A DNA stretch of 24,347 bases, taken from positions 1-24,347 of IMG/VR virus record IMGVR_UViG_3300020403_000085; one strand, given 5' to 3'. Below are positions 21,374 through 24,347 of the stretch, piece by piece. Every line of letters starts with the position of its first letter. The stretch's first letter is position 1. The notes under the pieces were generated by a model, which saw nothing but the letters and a program-made list of their open reading frames with translations, did no database searches and had not been told where the DNA came from. Position numbers and translations under genes: made by a program. This DNA is from a virus (lineage: Duplodnaviria > Caudoviricetes).

Positions 21374-23266
21374 TTACCTTCTCCCCGACGGCTGTATCTC
21401 TACACGAGTGTTACCTAATCTCCATTTGTAATTTTTTCTGTCACTCGCAGTGTTATCATCGTCGCTTTCAAAACGTAAGACAAATTGCCTACCTCTGGAT
21501 CTTAGTGATCCAAAAGTGCTCGTCGACTTAATTTGTGTGGTTGAGTCTGTTGATAAAGTTTGATTACTAAAATCTCTGCGTTTGACCACAACATTAATTG
21601 CTGGATCTTGACTGGTGCCTATATCATTAACAAATAATACGTCTGGTAAAATGCGTTTTAAAAATACAAAACGATCGCCGTCTGCAATATCAATATCAGC
21701 CGACTCTACAAAAACACCATCCATAGGATCAGTGTCGTTGTTAAAACCTTTTTCATGTTCGTATATATATTTAGTAGACGAGGCTTCGCCTGCTGCTAAT
21801 GGTTTGTTTAGAACACCAGCTGCTAACCAACTGTATCTTTCTAATGATCCTACACTCCAACTATTTTCTTCATAATTAAAAATTACATACCTAGAAATTT
21901 CGGTTTCATTATCGGTCAAAGATGGATAAAAAAACCATACCTCTGAAAACTCTTCGTTAAGACCTGCAAAACATTTAAAGGCTTGACTTTCATCAAGGTC
22001 AGAAAAAACATAGTCTTGCACTGAGCATGGTAGTTTTTGCACTGCGCCGTTGTAGTAGTAAAAACCTTTTTTCGACATAAAGAATACGCCTTTTGGTGTA
22101 TTTACTGCGGCCTTTGGCCCTAGTAATCCCGCTCCTTCATTAATTAAATTTACAGCAAATGTTAAAGGTGGTCCTATAAAATTCATAGAATACAAAGATG
22201 TATCTGTCCAAATAAGTATTTCTTGTCTTGCTTTTATACCGCCAACGATAGAGGATCCAGAAGACAATCGCAAAGAACCGGCTGTATTAGTAGATAAAGG
22301 CTCAAACTGTAATTCATTTTCTTGGTCGCTGAAAGCTATTAACATGGGATCTAAGGTACCTGTTCTGGAACTACCGCTGATTGGATCTGCGCCTAATACT
22401 ATCAAATGCCTATCTGTTTCAGATGTAATAACTTGTAAGGCTTGAGTAGGCACTAAATTTGCACCACTCACACTAGATAGCTCTACCGCTCTTGTTGTCA
22501 AACCATCGTTTTCAACCCAACGAAATATTCCGCCTCCTCTTGGATTAATAATTAAATTTTCGCCGTAGTTATCGTGTGTCCATAATCTTAATTGGTTCGT
22601 GTCTGATAAAGCTGTTGATGAACCCCAAGCTCCAGCACCCCAAGTACCAACACCCCAACCAGTAGATTCAACATAAACATCCAAGCCGGAGTTCACTTGA
22701 TAAGCCGCGTCTGTAGCAGAACCTCCATTACCAGAGTCACTAGAGTTTGCGGTTACTGTAGAGCCAGATGTATCTTTTGCAGTTATTTCGTAAGTGTTTG
22801 TACCTGTAACCAAATTAATTTGGTACTCTTGATTGATTACAGCAGCAGTGACGTTACCACCCAAAGATACAGCGCTTGAAAAAGTTACAAAATCACCATT
22901 CACAGCTCCATGACTAGCATCTGTTACAGTAAGCGTAGATGAACCATTTGTAGCTGCAAAGGTTGCAGCGTTAGTAGTGTTCTTTCTTATCGGTGTGACA
23001 TCGTTATAAGTACCGCCCTCTTCTACATAATACTTGTTGGTTGTGCCTATACCTAGATAACGAGAACCGCCTAATGAAATCCAAGAATGTAATGCTCTAG
23101 CTGAACCTATAATAGAAGATGGTGAAAACTTTTCCCAACCGCCTATTTTTTCTACACGACCTTTTCTAAAACGTATTTTATCGCCGTCAACCCAACCACC
23201 TTCGTTTGAGTAATCGGTTTCTTCTTTGTTGATTCCAGGTTTAAAGTTTAATTTGGTCAGCGGCAT
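21374..23266 (-). CDS. tail tube / head-stabilisation protein (P22 gp10 / tail tubular B-like), 630 aa
   Basis: MPL.K..FKPGINKE.T.Y..EGGW.DGDKIRFR.G..EKIGGW, NTAGSLRL..GS.I, FSEVWFFYPS, WRLG..R.EIQPSGRR. Beta-rich. Confidence 0.75.
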   Translation of the reverse strand: MPLTKLNFKPGINKEETDYSNEGGWVDGDKIRFRKGRVEKIGGWEKFSPSSIIGSARALHSWISLGGSRYLGIGTTNKYYVEEGGTYNDVTPIRKNTTNAATFAATNGSSTLTVTDASHGAVNGDFVTFSSAVSLGGNVTAAVINQEYQINLVTGTNTYEITAKDTSGSTVTANSSDSGNGGSATDAAYQVNSGLDVYVESTGWGVGTWGAGAWGSSTALSDTNQLRLWTHDNYGENLIINPRGGGIFRWVENDGLTTRAVELSSVSGANLVPTQALQVITSETDRHLIVLGADPISGSSRTGTLDPMLIAFSDQENELQFEPLSTNTAGSLRLSSGSSIVGGIKARQEILIWTDTSLYSMNFIGPPLTFAVNLINEGAGLLGPKAAVNTPKGVFFMSKKGFYYYNGAVQKLPCSVQDYVFSDLDESQAFKCFAGLNEEFSEVWFFYPSLTDNETEISRYVIFNYEENSWSVGSLERYSWLAAGVLNKPLAAGEASSTKYIYEHEKGFNNDTDPMDGVFVESADIDIADGDRFVFLKRILPDVLFVNDIGTSQDPAINVVVKRRDFSNQTLSTDSTTQIKSTSTFGSLRSRGRQFVLRFESDDDNTASDRKNYKWRLGNTRVEIQPSGRR

Positions 23267-23272
23267 ATTTAG

Positions 23273-23281
23273 AGTCTAACA
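23273..23281 (-). promoter_or_regulatory. extended -10 promoter, probable leaderless start
   Basis: TG-T-TAGACT, 6 nt, ATG 23266. No SD. Confidence 0.6.
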
Positions 23282-23295
23282 TATCTGCTGTGATC

Positions 23296-23721
23296 TTACG
23301 CCAATCTAATAATAGCTCCTGTAGCAGTTGCACTAGGAAAAACTATTGTAAAATCGCCAGCGGTCGATGTTTTGTCGCCTCCAAAATCAATCGCACACAC
23401 AGCTTTATTTGAGTTGTTTGTGTTATATATTAAACAACCTCTAGCTGTGATAGTTGCTGTACCAAAGGTTAAATCTGCAAAGTCAACGATAGCTGTTGTT
23501 CCAGAAGTCGTTGGCGTGACATTTGTCAGTGCGCTACCACCAGATGAGTAGTTTGTACCACTCGCTTGGCCTGTAGTAACAAACGCAGTCGTGCCAGCTC
23601 CTAAAGTAGCAGAACTTGTGTATAGAGCTAATTTGAACGAGTCAGCTCCATTAGTAAAGTTATGCCCTTCAACAAGTAGCTCTTGTTTAAAACTTGTGCA
23701 TATTGCCGATGTAATTGCCAT
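23296..23721 (-). CDS. virion structural (tail) protein, 141 aa
   Basis: MAITSAICTSFKQELL.G.HNF...FKLALYTSSATL, Thr/Ala/Gly-rich beta protein. GGAG SD with TAATG coupling. Confidence 0.7.
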   Translation of the reverse strand: MAITSAICTSFKQELLVEGHNFTNGADSFKLALYTSSATLGAGTTAFVTTGQASGTNYSSGGSALTNVTPTTSGTTAIVDFADLTFGTATITARGCLIYNTNNSNKAVCAIDFGGDKTSTAGDFTIVFPSATATGAIIRLA

Positions 23722-24008
23722 TATAGCTCCTTTAATATTTTAGCCATGTCTTCATGGCCTTGTTCTTTTAATAAATTTGAGTAAGTCGTGTTCTGTGACT
23801 TAATCGCATTTTTTATAGTATATAAGATTACAGTATAAACTTGGTTTTGAAAAGCCAAAGCCTGTTGTTTAACATGTGCTGGAGCATTGTCTGAAATGTC
23901 GCAAATTTTCTTTGTAGCTTGTGCTGCCCAAAATTCAGCGTCATGTCCTTTATTTTCTGTTGAATGAACCTCTACTTTACCTAATACAAAATCGCTTTCT
24001 ATACTCAT
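23721..24008 (-). CDS. hypothetical phage protein, 95 aa
   Basis: ORF coupled to neighbours in the virion operon. Confidence 0.75.
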   Translation of the reverse strand: MSIESDFVLGKVEVHSTENKGHDAEFWAAQATKKICDISDNAPAHVKQQALAFQNQVYTVILYTIKNAIKSQNTTYSNLLKEQGHEDMAKILKEL

Positions 24009-24010
24009 GC

Positions 24011-24346
24011 TTACCCCTTGTATGGTTCTGGTGGCACTACGTCCTCGTTAATTTTAAGTCCATATTCCTCAAGTTGCGTATTTATTTCATCATAAGGACC
24101 GATAATAAATTTGCCTTCATGCGGCACTGCTACTAAAGGTTTGTCTAATCTATGAAAACCATAAAGTTTTTCTGTGGCTGGCACATTAGAGTCTAATACT
24201 GTCGATCTGCCACTAATACCAACTAATATATCAGCGCTCATACATTTGCTAATCCAAAACTCTACACATGCTCTACCTGCCTCTGCAAAGTGCATATTCT
24301 CTTTATAAGAAAAATCAATGCCAAATAAGTCTATACGACCAACCTT
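24011..24346 (-). CDS. possible glycosyltransferase-like (DUF115/MAF or sialyltransferase-like) protein, 5'-truncated
   Basis: The frame is open to the window edge: KVGRIDLFGIDFSYKENMHFAEAGRACVEFW. The I.L.G.DF motif is typical of these folds, but only the C-terminus is visible. Confidence 0.5.
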   Translation of the reverse strand, partial: KVGRIDLFGIDFSYKENMHFAEAGRACVEFWISKCMSADILVGISGRSTVLDSNVPATEKLYGFHRLDKPLVAVPHEGKFIIGPYDEINTQLEEYGLKINEDVVPPEPYKG

Positions 24347-24347
24347 A

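Noticed and set aside
13957-22879. Plus-strand ORFs opposite the virion genes (e.g. 18005-18340, 18344-18874, 19300-19659, 20020-20652)
   Set aside because: These are antisense shadows of Pro/Gly-rich genes, mostly in mirrored codon register, with no SD and no motifs.
1-24347. tRNA, rRNA, integrase, transposase, intron or intein
   Set aside because: No cloverleaf, recombinase motifs or splicing motifs were recognised by eye.

Overview
A 24.3 kb fragment of a tailed dsDNA bacteriophage, probably a marine podovirus-like phage. The structural genes resemble, from recall, the HTVC010P/P22-style module, and the host is probably a proteobacterium (inference). The right half (13209-24347, minus strand) is a virion module: a truncated glycosyltransferase-like gene, small tail proteins, a 630-aa tail-tube/head-stabilisation protein and four large internal (ejection-type) proteins. 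The middle holds a divergent replication/recombination module: TOPRIM-VirE primase-helicase, SSB-like protein, DUF6378-like protein, PD-(D/E)XK exonuclease and an RHH regulator. To the left lie an MT-A70 adenine methyltransferase, an iteron-rich candidate origin, a terminase small subunit with no adjacent terL, a structured non-coding candidate packaging site with a perfect IHF box, and a resolvase-SET-2OG oxygenase cluster followed by a detached 787-aa virion-like gene. A truncated C5 cytosine methyltransferase begins the window. The most notable observations are: (1) a dense modification toolkit (SET methyltransferase, three different 2OG-Fe(II) oxygenases, two DNA methyltransferases, a GT-like gene) alongside Pro-rich and Lys-rich virion proteins; (2) five genes with a leaderless-mRNA signature; (3) a shared TTGCA operator-like element; (4) recurring short peptide tags in the internal virion proteins. 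All family calls come from motif recognition by eye; no searches were run.
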